NCBI GenBank assembly: GCA_016839445.1
Contig: JAEOUG010000049.1
Coordinates: 1-42,278, forward strand
Origin: Candidatus Thorarchaeota archaeon
Lineage (GTDB): Archaea; Asgardarchaeota; Thorarchaeia; Thorarchaeales; Thorarchaeaceae
Reading direction: 5' to 3'
DNA: 42,278 nt
Part shown: in pieces, positions 10,456-19,628 of the stretch
How positions within the stretch are numbered: position 1 is the first letter of the stretch
How the letters are laid out: the number at the start of each line of letters is the position of its first letter
Notes under the pieces: generated by a model
What the model saw: the letters and a program-made list of their open reading frames with translations, nothing else
Databases searched by the model: none
Told to the model about the DNA's origin: nothing
Position numbers and translations under genes: made by a program

Positions 10456-12075
10456 TTGGAGAAGAAGGTGCTGACTCTCCAACCGTCGGGACAGAGAGTC
10501 AGAGCGTCCAAAGGCGACTCGTTCCTTGCAGTCATACGAGATGCAGGTAGCTACATTCCGACCGACTGCGGCGGAAAGGGAACCTGCGGCAAGTGCGTGG
10601 TCTCTCTACACCCGGCCCCAAATCCGACTGCAACGGACTCAAAGCACCTGACACAAGAGCAGATTGATAATGGGATCAGACTCGCCTGTCAACACGAGGT
10701 TCAGCAGGACACGCGGGTCACCCTGATGACCTCACAGGGGCAATTGAAGATCCTTCACGATGCCAGAGCCTCTGAATCTGAATATCAGCTTGATGGGGAG
10801 CCGGGCTACGGTGTTGCCATAGACATCGGCACGACGACGGTGGTCTGTTACTTCGTAGACCTCTTGTCAGGCACGCAGATTGGAGTATCAAGCTTCCTCA
10901 ACCCCCAAGTGTCACACGGTGAAGACATCATTAGTAGAATAACACATGCGCTCAGAGAGAGCAGTGGGATGCGCGACCTTCGCATAAGTCTCTGGGACAC
11001 AATCGCGGATAACGTCGCGGACTGGTGCGTTAGCAGGGGCATTCTCACTGAGGAGGTCGTACGCATCTCAGTCGTAGGCAACACTGTAATGCACCACATC
11101 GCACTGGGTCTGGATGTTGAACCGCTCGCGTTGGCACCCTATCAGCCATCCATGACACGCTCACATAAGATGTCGGCTGGCTCTCTGGGACTAGATAGTC
11201 TGAGCGAGGCATCGGTCTACTTCGCACCCAACGTTGCAGGGTACGTTGGTGGTGACACTCTAGGCTTCATTCTGTCGCAGGGGCTTCACAGGAAGGACGG
11301 AGTCTCTTTCGGTATAGATGTGGGGACCAATGGAGAGATCATTGCATCATCTGGAACTTGTCTGCTGTGTTGCTCGACTGCCGCAGGCCCAGCGTTCGAA
11401 GGAGCCCGCATTGCCCAAGGTATGAGAGCGCAAGATGGCGCCATCGAGTATGTGAACATAGAGAACCCGGATGAGGCCCCCGAGATATCCGTAATTGGGG
11501 ACCACGAACCCATAGGTCTCTGCGGCTCGGGCATCCTAGATGCTGTTGCCGAGCTTCGAAGGGTAGGACTCATAGACGCAAGCGGGAAGCTCCTCTCAGG
11601 CAAGAGGACTTGCGAACTAGAGAGTCTGGGCAATGCGTTTGTGTTGAGGTACCCGTCAGAGTCCACGACAGAGAGGCACATAGTCATCACCCAGAGAGAC
11701 ATCAGGCAGGTCCAGCTGGCCAAGGCAGCCATCAGAACAGGAATAGAGGTCTTGATGAGCAGGCTTGGAGTTGGTGCAGACTCCATCGACTCATTCTATC
11801 TTGCAGGAGCCTTTGGCAACTACCTCAGACCAGAGAGCGCTTTGAGGATTGGCCTCCTGCCCCCCATTATGCGAGACAGGATAGCCCCAGTAGGAAATGC
11901 GGCGGGAGAAGGTGCAAAGCTGATTCTGGTCTCGAGAGCAGCGCGAGAGGAGATCGAACGAATTGGAGAGATTGTGGAGTACATAGAGCTAGCCAGAGTG
12001 CCCAACTTCGATGACATCTTCGTTCGGGCAATGCATCTGACCCCGAAGATTCCTCAGCATCTGCCAAGCGACTAG
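10456..12075 (+). CDS. ASKHA-family reductive activator of corrinoid enzymes (RACE/DUF4445) with N-terminal 2Fe-2S ferredoxin
   Basis: CGGKGTCGKC..RLACQ 2Fe-2S motif, DIGTTTV, DVGTNGE, AAGPAFEG, GLCGSG, LAGAFGNY motifs. Confidence 0.93.
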   Translation: MEKKVLTLQPSGQRVRASKGDSFLAVIRDAGSYIPTDCGGKGTCGKCVVSLHPAPNPTATDSKHLTQEQIDNGIRLACQHEVQQDTRVTLMTSQGQLKILHDARASESEYQLDGEPGYGVAIDIGTTTVVCYFVDLLSGTQIGVSSFLNPQVSHGEDIISRITHALRESSGMRDLRISLWDTIADNVADWCVSRGILTEEVVRISVVGNTVMHHIALGLDVEPLALAPYQPSMTRSHKMSAGSLGLDSLSEASVYFAPNVAGYVGGDTLGFILSQGLHRKDGVSFGIDVGTNGEIIASSGTCLLCCSTAAGPAFEGARIAQGMRAQDGAIEYVNIENPDEAPEISVIGDHEPIGLCGSGILDAVAELRRVGLIDASGKLLSGKRTCELESLGNAFVLRYPSESTTERHIVITQRDIRQVQLAKAAIRTGIEVLMSRLGVGADSIDSFYLAGAFGNYLRPESALRIGLLPPIMRDRIAPVGNAAGEGAKLILVSRAAREEIERIGEIVEYIELARVPNFDDIFVRAMHLTPKIPQHLPSD

Positions 12076-12170
12076 GACTTAGCTCTTGTGGCAAAGGAGA
12101 TCCCACCCACATGTGGGCCGAGCAAAACGGACCTAAGACACAGCTTATTAGGGAGTCACCCTGAGCGCGC

Positions 12171-13028
12171 GTGATTCTAATGCTGCAGTTCGTGATTACT
12201 CCGGTTGTCATCGGTATTCTCTTGGCGATAGTCACATCGCTTCTATGGAACATTGCCCCAATCATTCAGAAAGAAGCTCTTGCAGAGATGGATGAGATTG
12301 ATGCAAAGAATCCGCTGAAGCACACTCGCCAGCTATTCTCGAAGCCGAGATGGGTTGCAGGAATGCTGATGGCACTGCTTGGAGGAATCACCTACATGAT
12401 TGCCACACAGATGGCAGGCATAGTAGTCATCCAGCCGCTCATGAATGTTGGTCTCGTTGTGCTGGCCATTCTCGCAACACGACGTCTGGGTGAGAAGATA
12501 GACCTCGCTGCAGCCATCGGCATCATCTTCATGATACTGACACCGGTCTTCATTGCCTTCGGTGCGGTCACTGAGCCTATGATGTTCACAGACTTCTCGG
12601 GCATTCTTCTCTACTCCGTAGTGATGCTGGTTGGCATCGGAGTAATGGCGGGAGGAAGCGGTAGAATCGCAATTCTCTGGGCACCAATCACTTCCCTCTT
12701 CCAGGCCCTCGCCGCTCAGTTCACTCAGTGGTTCACCCTGGAGCTCTTCGGCGCCGCAGACATTGTGCAGGGCTTCATCAATGCCCTGATACCTCTCATT
12801 CTGATGGGCATCTTCACTGCGGTCGCAGCTGTCTACACAATCTCCATTGGGCTTCAGCGAAACCCAGCGGCTCGCTTCAATGCAATAACTGGTACAGTCA
12901 GCATGTTTGCGGTGGTTCTAGGTGGCATCATGATATTCAGCCAGATGATCACTAACCTACCATTCTATGGCATTGGGCTTGCCTTCGGCCTGGTTGGAGT
13001 GGCATTGCTGAGCAAGTATCAGGAGTAG
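12171..13028 (+). CDS. DMT/EamA superfamily transporter (NIPA-like)
   Basis: About 9 TM helices; QK...PRW..G..., VVIQPL and RLGEK motifs; start probably ATG 12180. Confidence 0.7.
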   Translation: MILMLQFVITPVVIGILLAIVTSLLWNIAPIIQKEALAEMDEIDAKNPLKHTRQLFSKPRWVAGMLMALLGGITYMIATQMAGIVVIQPLMNVGLVVLAILATRRLGEKIDLAAAIGIIFMILTPVFIAFGAVTEPMMFTDFSGILLYSVVMLVGIGVMAGGSGRIAILWAPITSLFQALAAQFTQWFTLELFGAADIVQGFINALIPLILMGIFTAVAAVYTISIGLQRNPAARFNAITGTVSMFAVVLGGIMIFSQMITNLPFYGIGLAFGLVGVALLSKYQE

Positions 13029-13100
13029 CCCCTTCATCTGTACACGGGGGCCCTTAGATACAACACGTTTATGGGAAGGGGCGCCTCGAGAAGACGCGTG

Positions 13101-15935
13101 ATGCTCTTGGCCGCGAAGAAGGTCTTCATTGTCCCTCATACCCACTGGGATCGGGAGTGGTACCTCCCGTTCCAAAGGTTCCGATACCAGCTCGTTGGGC
13201 TCATTGACGAGCTTCTCAAAATCCTGGAGACTCAGGACTACGTCTTCATGCTGGACGGGCAGACAATCGTCCTAGAGGACTATATGGAGATTCGTCCAGA
13301 CAAGAAGGACGAGCTGCTGCAGCGAATCAAGGAGGGCAAGATAGCCGTTGGGCCATGGTACCTACTGCCTGACGAATGGCTAGTTGGTGGAGAGAGCCTC
13401 ATTCGCAACCTAGAGTACAGTCACGACCTTGCAGAGCAACTCAATATCCCTCTCATGGATATAGCCTACCTTCCAGACCAGTTCGGACATACTAGTGCCA
13501 TGCCTCAGATGCTTGGAGACCTCACGAGCCTCAAGACTGCAGTGCTGTGGCGCGGAGTCCCTCCTGATGTAGGGGCCGTTCCTTTCGTGTGGAGGTCTCA
13601 CGAGAACTCGAGGACAGCAATAAACGGAGTCTACCTTCCAGCCGGATACGGCAATGCATCCATGCTTCCTGAAGACTACGATGAATTCGTGGACGCTGTG
13701 CATGAGAAGATTGCAGAACTAGAGTCCTTCTCCCCAGTGCCTGTCTACCTTCTCATGAACGGGTCAGACCATCGCTACCCTCAGCCATTTGCCAAGGAGT
13801 ACTCTGAGAGGATGGCAAATGCCGATCTTGATGTCCGTGTGTCACACCTGAAAGACTTCATCACACAGATGGACCTAGAGCTTGCACAGTCAGGACATGC
13901 TCGTCAAGTGCATGTTGGGGAATTCAGGTCACCCTCTCGAGCCCCACTACTTCAGGACACTTACTCAGCACGGATGTGGATAAAGCAGTGGAATCAGAAG
14001 ACGGAGGACTACCTCACAAGACTGGTTGAACCAGTATGGACCTATCTTGCATCAACCTCTCATCTTCAGTATCCCAAAGCCTTCCTTCGAAAGTCCTGGA
14101 TGTGGCTGTTGCGAAATCATCCCCACGATTCAATCTGCGGCTGCTCCGTAGACCAGACACACGAGGAGATGCGGGCACGGTTCTCCTGGGCCGAGTCCAT
14201 TGGTGATGAGCTGATGAAGGGTGCGGAGGAGAGCATCCACAAGCTCTCCAATGTGTCTGAGGTGTCGTCTGTCCTCGCCTTCGTTGCAGGAGGCAGCTCG
14301 TCCACACCGGTCTACATGGAGTTCACACTTCCTGGAGATCAGTCCATCCATGGTCTGAGGACTGATGACGGGGAAACACATGAAGTGCAGCCGCTGACAT
14401 CAAGAGAGGACGTCTTCATGGACACCACAATAGGGATGAGAGTCGCCAAGATGGGCATGAGATTGCTACCCGGTAGGAAGCTCATGGACTTCTACATCAA
14501 TGGAGTGGAATACCACGATGGCGATGAACCCGGTCTATTGGAGCTTCGGTTCATTGCAGACAGGCATCCCATAGGGGACTTCGATATGGAGGGCCTCAAG
14601 GAAGAGGCGAACCGAATAATCGGGAGCAAGAAGTACAAGAAGATCCATCTCATTGCTGCACGGCCTACTCAGAGAGTGTATGCCGCAGTGATACCTCTCA
14701 AGCCTTGGGCGTTCTCCAAGCTGGCGCCGATTGAGGAGAAGCCGAGAGACGACCCAGAGAGTAGAATCGACATAGCGGAGAGCCGCGTAGAGACCCCATA
14801 CTACGCTGTGTCATTCAACAAGGATGGAAGCCTAGATATCATAAACAAGGCCACTGGGTTGAAGTATCAGAGGATGCACACCTTCGAAGACTATGGCGAC
14901 CGTGGCGATGAATACACGTTTTCAGGAGTTGAGCCCAACAAGGCCAGCGTAAGAGATGTCAAGCGGACAGTCATCAGCAAGGGGCCAATAGTCGCAGAGA
15001 TTCGCCAGACTCTGTCCCTGGGACTCTATGCTTCACTAGACACATCCAGAGATAAGAGAACGGGTAGTGTCGAGGTTCCCATCACATCGATCTTCAGGTT
15101 CTACCGAGACACTCCGAGAATTGAGGTGAAAACCAAGCTCTGCAACAAGACAGAGGACCATCGACTCAGGGTTTGCTTCAATCTCCCATTCACGGTGGAG
15201 GGATCTCTGACTTCCACCCATTTCGGCTACATGGAACGCTCTGCGATGCCCGAGGAGATCCCGAGCGACGAGGAACTGGAGAGAATGAGAGCGGAGTATC
15301 CTGAACGGCCGTCCGGAGTCCAGCCTCAGAAGGGATTCATTCGAGTTCAAGAAGAAGAAGGGGGCAATGCACTCACTGTCATCAACCGAGGACTTCCCGA
15401 GGTTGAGGTTGCTGACGGGAATCATCTGGCCCTGACACTTGTTCGGTGCGTTGGCTGGCTCTCTCGTTCAGATATCCCGGAGAGACCCATGCATGCAGGC
15501 CCCGGAGAGGAGACCCCTGGAGCTCAGGAAGTGAACGAGAACTACGAGTTTGATTATGGATTCGTGGTGCACTCAAAGAGCGACCCTGTTGCTACAAGCG
15601 CAGATCACTCCGACGTGTTCCAGAGCCGGCCACTGGTCATGACGTTGGACCATGCAGAACCACCGCACGATCTCTTCGAGCCCATTGTGCAAATCAGAGA
15701 TCCTGCAGTAAGGCTCTCCTCAGTCAGAAGGCGCGAAGACTCCATCTTGGTCACACTTCACAACATAGAGAACAGAGAAGTGGAGACAGAGGCAGTCCTA
15801 GCCAAGCTTGTCGACAGTGTGACAGAGGTTCGCATAGACGGGACTACAATACGTGAAACTCCTGTCACTTCACATAGCATACCCCTCTCCCTTGGTGCAA
15901 GAGAGATCAAGATGTATCGACTTAGCATGAAGTGA
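13101..15935 (+). CDS. Glycoside hydrolase family 38 (alpha-mannosidase/mannosylglycerate hydrolase-like)
   Basis: PHTHWDREWY, LDGQ, PDQFGH, NGSDH, HPHDSICGCS motifs; the ORF-track start 13071 lies in a TATA-like stretch, so 13101 is preferred. Confidence 0.93.
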   Translation: MLLAAKKVFIVPHTHWDREWYLPFQRFRYQLVGLIDELLKILETQDYVFMLDGQTIVLEDYMEIRPDKKDELLQRIKEGKIAVGPWYLLPDEWLVGGESLIRNLEYSHDLAEQLNIPLMDIAYLPDQFGHTSAMPQMLGDLTSLKTAVLWRGVPPDVGAVPFVWRSHENSRTAINGVYLPAGYGNASMLPEDYDEFVDAVHEKIAELESFSPVPVYLLMNGSDHRYPQPFAKEYSERMANADLDVRVSHLKDFITQMDLELAQSGHARQVHVGEFRSPSRAPLLQDTYSARMWIKQWNQKTEDYLTRLVEPVWTYLASTSHLQYPKAFLRKSWMWLLRNHPHDSICGCSVDQTHEEMRARFSWAESIGDELMKGAEESIHKLSNVSEVSSVLAFVAGGSSSTPVYMEFTLPGDQSIHGLRTDDGETHEVQPLTSREDVFMDTTIGMRVAKMGMRLLPGRKLMDFYINGVEYHDGDEPGLLELRFIADRHPIGDFDMEGLKEEANRIIGSKKYKKIHLIAARPTQRVYAAVIPLKPWAFSKLAPIEEKPRDDPESRIDIAESRVETPYYAVSFNKDGSLDIINKATGLKYQRMHTFEDYGDRGDEYTFSGVEPNKASVRDVKRTVISKGPIVAEIRQTLSLGLYASLDTSRDKRTGSVEVPITSIFRFYRDTPRIEVKTKLCNKTEDHRLRVCFNLPFTVEGSLTSTHFGYMERSAMPEEIPSDEELERMRAEYPERPSGVQPQKGFIRVQEEEGGNALTVINRGLPEVEVADGNHLALTLVRCVGWLSRSDIPERPMHAGPGEETPGAQEVNENYEFDYGFVVHSKSDPVATSADHSDVFQSRPLVMTLDHAEPPHDLFEPIVQIRDPAVRLSSVRRREDSILVTLHNIENREVETEAVLAKLVDSVTEVRIDGTTIRETPVTSHSIPLSLGAREIKMYRLSMK

Positions 15936-15945
15936 TAGACTAGCG

Positions 15946-17280
15946 CTAGAGGTCAATCCTCTCTTCAGCTGATGGACTTCCCTTCTGAAGACCCTCGAAG
16001 TCAGGGTCAATGTCTACCTTGAATAGCACAAGGACAGAGAGAAGGATGAAGAGAGCAGCAATTGGGCCCCAGATAAGATACCCCTGTGACACGGGGTCGC
16101 CCCCGCCAGGAACTGGCACGACCTCAGGTAGGCCGAATATGACACCCCAGAGAAAGGCCGAGAAAGCGTTCATGCCGTTCAGGGGTATCGACGGGAAGCT
16201 CGTGTAGAATCCTGCACGACCTTCACCAGTCAGTATCTCATTCTTGTGCGCGAAGTCCGCATACACGATGTAGGGGAAGAGGTAGTAACCGGCGACTCCA
16301 GCGCCCGCGAATGCGAGAAGAATGAAGGCAGCGGACGAGGTCGTTATCACCAGGGTGAATGGCAATGATATCACAGCCAGCATCATAGAGGCCTGTAATG
16401 TGAATCGCTTCCCCTTCCTTCTGATGGTGAACTGATAGATGATGAAGAACACGAACACAACTGAGAGGAGTTCGACGCCGAATATCAGGAACTCAGTCAC
16501 ACCGAATGTCAGGTAGTCGTTGATGTAGGGGAAAGCAGTCCTGATAATCATGGCAATACCCACTGAGAGAAGCCCCTGAGCAACCAGCCAGCCTACGAAG
16601 TCCTTGTCCCTCAGAGCAACACCGAGGTCTTTCTTGATGGAAGGTTGAGGTATGAACTTCCCTTCCGCATGAAGGCCCAGCAGTGAAGGGGTGAAGCCAA
16701 GAAGCTGAATGACCACGAAGCCCAGAATCAGATAGAGAATCTCACTCGGGAGCCCCCACCCCACAGCTTCGATGGCGAGCAGTGATGTACCGAATGTGCC
16801 AATCACGAAGCCGACGAAGTTGGCCACGTTCTGCCACGAGGAAACTGCAGGGCGCTCCTCAGGTTCAGTCAACTCAGGCATCCAAGACTGGAATGGGGTC
16901 ATGGTCATGCCATAGAAGACCTTGAACAGGCTCATAGTGAATGTGGCATAGAAGAACAGGCCCAACACATTCCCTTCTGCCAAAAACAGATGCGGAGTGA
17001 AGACCAGCAGGAAGGAGAGCGCCATGAGAGGAGCACCGACCATTATGAACGGCTTCCGTCGTCCCCATCTTGTCTTCATCCTGTCACTGAGATTCCCGAA
17101 TGTCAGCTCAGAAACCATGATCGAGAGATAGCTCAAAGCAATTGCAGAGCCCGTGAATATGGCCGGCAGAGATTGGATAGAGAAGTAGAATAGAGCACTC
17201 GCCAGATCAAGCATGTCAAGCATGAGACTTGGGCCTAGTCTGGCCATTCCGAAGTATACCTTCTGACCTCGTGTTAGCAA
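15946..17280 (-). CDS. MFS transporter, glycoside-pentoside-hexuronide (MelB-like) type
   Basis: About 12 TM helices; G.LSDR..TRWGRRKPF, PELT...ER and 'TGEGRAG' motifs. Confidence 0.9.
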   Translation of the reverse strand: MLTRGQKVYFGMARLGPSLMLDMLDLASALFYFSIQSLPAIFTGSAIALSYLSIMVSELTFGNLSDRMKTRWGRRKPFIMVGAPLMALSFLLVFTPHLFLAEGNVLGLFFYATFTMSLFKVFYGMTMTPFQSWMPELTEPEERPAVSSWQNVANFVGFVIGTFGTSLLAIEAVGWGLPSEILYLILGFVVIQLLGFTPSLLGLHAEGKFIPQPSIKKDLGVALRDKDFVGWLVAQGLLSVGIAMIIRTAFPYINDYLTFGVTEFLIFGVELLSVVFVFFIIYQFTIRRKGKRFTLQASMMLAVISLPFTLVITTSSAAFILLAFAGAGVAGYYLFPYIVYADFAHKNEILTGEGRAGFYTSFPSIPLNGMNAFSAFLWGVIFGLPEVVPVPGGGDPVSQGYLIWGPIAALFILLSVLVLFKVDIDPDFEGLQKGSPSAEERIDL

Positions 17281-17353
17281 AGCATCTCCTCCTCGCGGCT
17301 GTAGGGGCTGAACGGACTATTAAGGATGCCCAGTGCCCCGTTGAGAGCGAGTA

Positions 17354-18583
17354 TCAGGAGAAGATCTCAGCAAACTCCATGAATGATGCGATCTCCTCTG
17401 TGTGATTCCCAAGGATAACGATGTGGTGGTTGGCGAGGGATGCATCCAGGAAGTACTCAACGGGTGCCTCCAGCACTACTCGTAACTGCGTCCGGCATCC
17501 CGTATCATTACGCAAGTTCTCGATTACCTCTCCCGAGGAGACCCACCAGTTCGTCAGGTCCTCACCATGGATCTTGAAGACCGTGATTGGCTGTGGGTCA
17601 ATGATGCCCCTGATACCAACACTCAGGCCGGTCTCGAAGTGTGTGACGGTCTCATGAGACTTTGCCATGCTCGTTGGAATGGTGCAGTGGCTGAGGACCA
17701 CTGTGTTATTCCTAGTGTCAACCTGGGCCACATTGGCCATGAATGAAGCCTTACCAAGGAGATGCTTGACTACCAACATGGTGAAGGTGGCAGGTATGTC
17801 GCCCTCGCAGCCAGCCACCAATGAAGGCGAGTCATTCAACCGGGATAGGGCATAGCATCCCGAGACCTCCCTCTCCTCCAGGAGCCTGAAGCACTCGAGG
17901 CTTACTGCATCAAGCCGATGCTCGGAGGCAATCTGCCCAAGGGCACATGACACTGCGGCTGCCTTCGTCAACTCCTCTTCATCAACGTCGACAAGAGACT
18001 CCCTCATGTGTTTCTGAAGTGCCTTCTTCTCGTCTTTGGGAAGACTGGAGGAGAGGCGACCGGTGAGCTCGCTGAAGTCGTAGTTCTCAATTGTCATACC
18101 CCAGCGGCTCTTCACATTGGCAGGTTCAATCTTAGAAGCCACAAGCCAAAACGATGGTTCTCCTATCATTCCTAACCTGCTTGCTCTTATCTTCTGCAGC
18201 ACCTCCGAGTAACCTATCCAGGTTTTGACTCTCGAGGACAGCCTCTCAAGCGAGTCGTGAATGACTTGAGTCTCAATCCCGATTCCATCCGCATAGGCTC
18301 GAATCTCGAGCGCCGCTGGAAGCGAGTTGCTTCGATCGTGAGCCAGGATGATCACTGGTTCGGAAAAGTGTGAATCTCGAAGAATGTCCACCGCCATCTG
18401 CTCTGTCCCGCCTGTACCTACAAACAGAACAGGACGCCCCCAGTCCCTGCTCTCGTTAGACTTGGCAAGGAATTCCTCCGGCGTGCAAAGCTTCACACCG
18501 TCCCTGTCAATCCGGCTCAGGATGCTCCTCACTGTGTCTCTGGGAGTTATAGGTGAGAATAGGGTGACAATGGTCAGAGGCAT
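17354..18583 (-). CDS. L-fucose/L-arabinose isomerase-related protein
   Basis: GTGGTE, NSLPAALE, GCEGD, HCTIP, THFETG, CRTQ, NHH motifs. Confidence 0.8.
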   Translation of the reverse strand: MPLTIVTLFSPITPRDTVRSILSRIDRDGVKLCTPEEFLAKSNESRDWGRPVLFVGTGGTEQMAVDILRDSHFSEPVIILAHDRSNSLPAALEIRAYADGIGIETQVIHDSLERLSSRVKTWIGYSEVLQKIRASRLGMIGEPSFWLVASKIEPANVKSRWGMTIENYDFSELTGRLSSSLPKDEKKALQKHMRESLVDVDEEELTKAAAVSCALGQIASEHRLDAVSLECFRLLEEREVSGCYALSRLNDSPSLVAGCEGDIPATFTMLVVKHLLGKASFMANVAQVDTRNNTVVLSHCTIPTSMAKSHETVTHFETGLSVGIRGIIDPQPITVFKIHGEDLTNWWVSSGEVIENLRNDTGCRTQLRVVLEAPVEYFLDASLANHHIVILGNHTEEIASFMEFAEIFS

Positions 18584-18692
18584 GGTTCTAACTATATCCG
18601 ACTACTCTGTGATATCCTTTTGGAACAGAACCGGTTCTTCTGGTGAAGTGTTATCTGCGTTCAGGCGGATGGCCAGATGACGGCGAAGGGAG

Positions 18693-19550
18693 ATGCGGCA
18701 AGTACGAGTGCAGCTCAAGGACGACGTCTTGCGACCTGGAGAGGTCCTTGAAGGAGAGGTCGTTGTCACATGCGACAGTCCATTCGAGTGCAACAGAATC
18801 AGTCTGGATTTCACAGGAAAGGAATTGACCGAGATATCAATCGGCGAAGACAGATATTCAGACACCTACACGCATGTTTCTGACTATGTTGTGCTTATTG
18901 AAGCGCCCCAGCTGCAGGAGGGCATCACAACGATTCCATTCCAATACATAGTCCCCAAGGGAGTGCCACCCTCATTCAGCGGATACAACGCGAGGATATA
19001 CTACAGTGTGAAGGCGGTCATTGAATTGGACTGGCGGCCTGATCCTTCTCACACACAGATGTTCCAGATTACACCAGAGACGCCCCCCTATATTCCAGAA
19101 CCTCTTGAGCCCAGAGCCATCACGGACCGAGTGAGCTCAATGACCGTGATGCTGCCTAGTGATGTGCTGCGGCAGGGAAAGGGGCTAGATACCAGAGTAT
19201 GTGTGGACGAGAAACGCGGCGTGGACAAGGTCAGAGTGTCACTAGTAGAGAGAGTGCGATACTCCTGTGGCTCTCACACAGGTCTGAGCGAACGAACCAT
19301 ACCAATGGCGTCTCGAGACATCGACCCTTCCGATTTTGGAAGATGGCTTGAATTCATGATTGCTGAGGACAGGTTAGACTTCGTGCCGATGGAGGCACAG
19401 CTCATCCAAGTGGACTATCTCGTGAAGGTAGAGCTGGGCGCGAAGTGGCAACCCGATCCGCACATCAAGATACCCATCAGGGTCTCGGGGCCAGAGGCGG
19501 GCAGAGAAGATCGCAAAGAAACCGAGCTTGACTTTGGTTTCGACTTCTAG
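18693..19550 (+). CDS. Arrestin-fold protein (alpha-arrestin/SpoOM/Vps26 clan)
   Basis: PGEVLEGEV, 'L.EG....PF....P...PPSF.G....I.Y.VKA.I' Arrestin_N signature, followed by a second beta-sandwich. Confidence 0.8.
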   Translation: MRQVRVQLKDDVLRPGEVLEGEVVVTCDSPFECNRISLDFTGKELTEISIGEDRYSDTYTHVSDYVVLIEAPQLQEGITTIPFQYIVPKGVPPSFSGYNARIYYSVKAVIELDWRPDPSHTQMFQITPETPPYIPEPLEPRAITDRVSSMTVMLPSDVLRQGKGLDTRVCVDEKRGVDKVRVSLVERVRYSCGSHTGLSERTIPMASRDIDPSDFGRWLEFMIAEDRLDFVPMEAQLIQVDYLVKVELGAKWQPDPHIKIPIRVSGPEAGREDRKETELDFGFDF

Positions 19551-19628
19551 ATGAATCCAGATGAGAGGCCAGACAGACAAACGTAATTAACCAGTTGGCG
19601 CTGGTTCTGGCCCATATGAGGTCTTAGA

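Noticed and set aside
12106-12117. 12-bp palindrome cccacatgtggg (also agaaccggttct at 18627-18638)
   Set aside because: Single occurrences without a second copy or regulator; insufficient support
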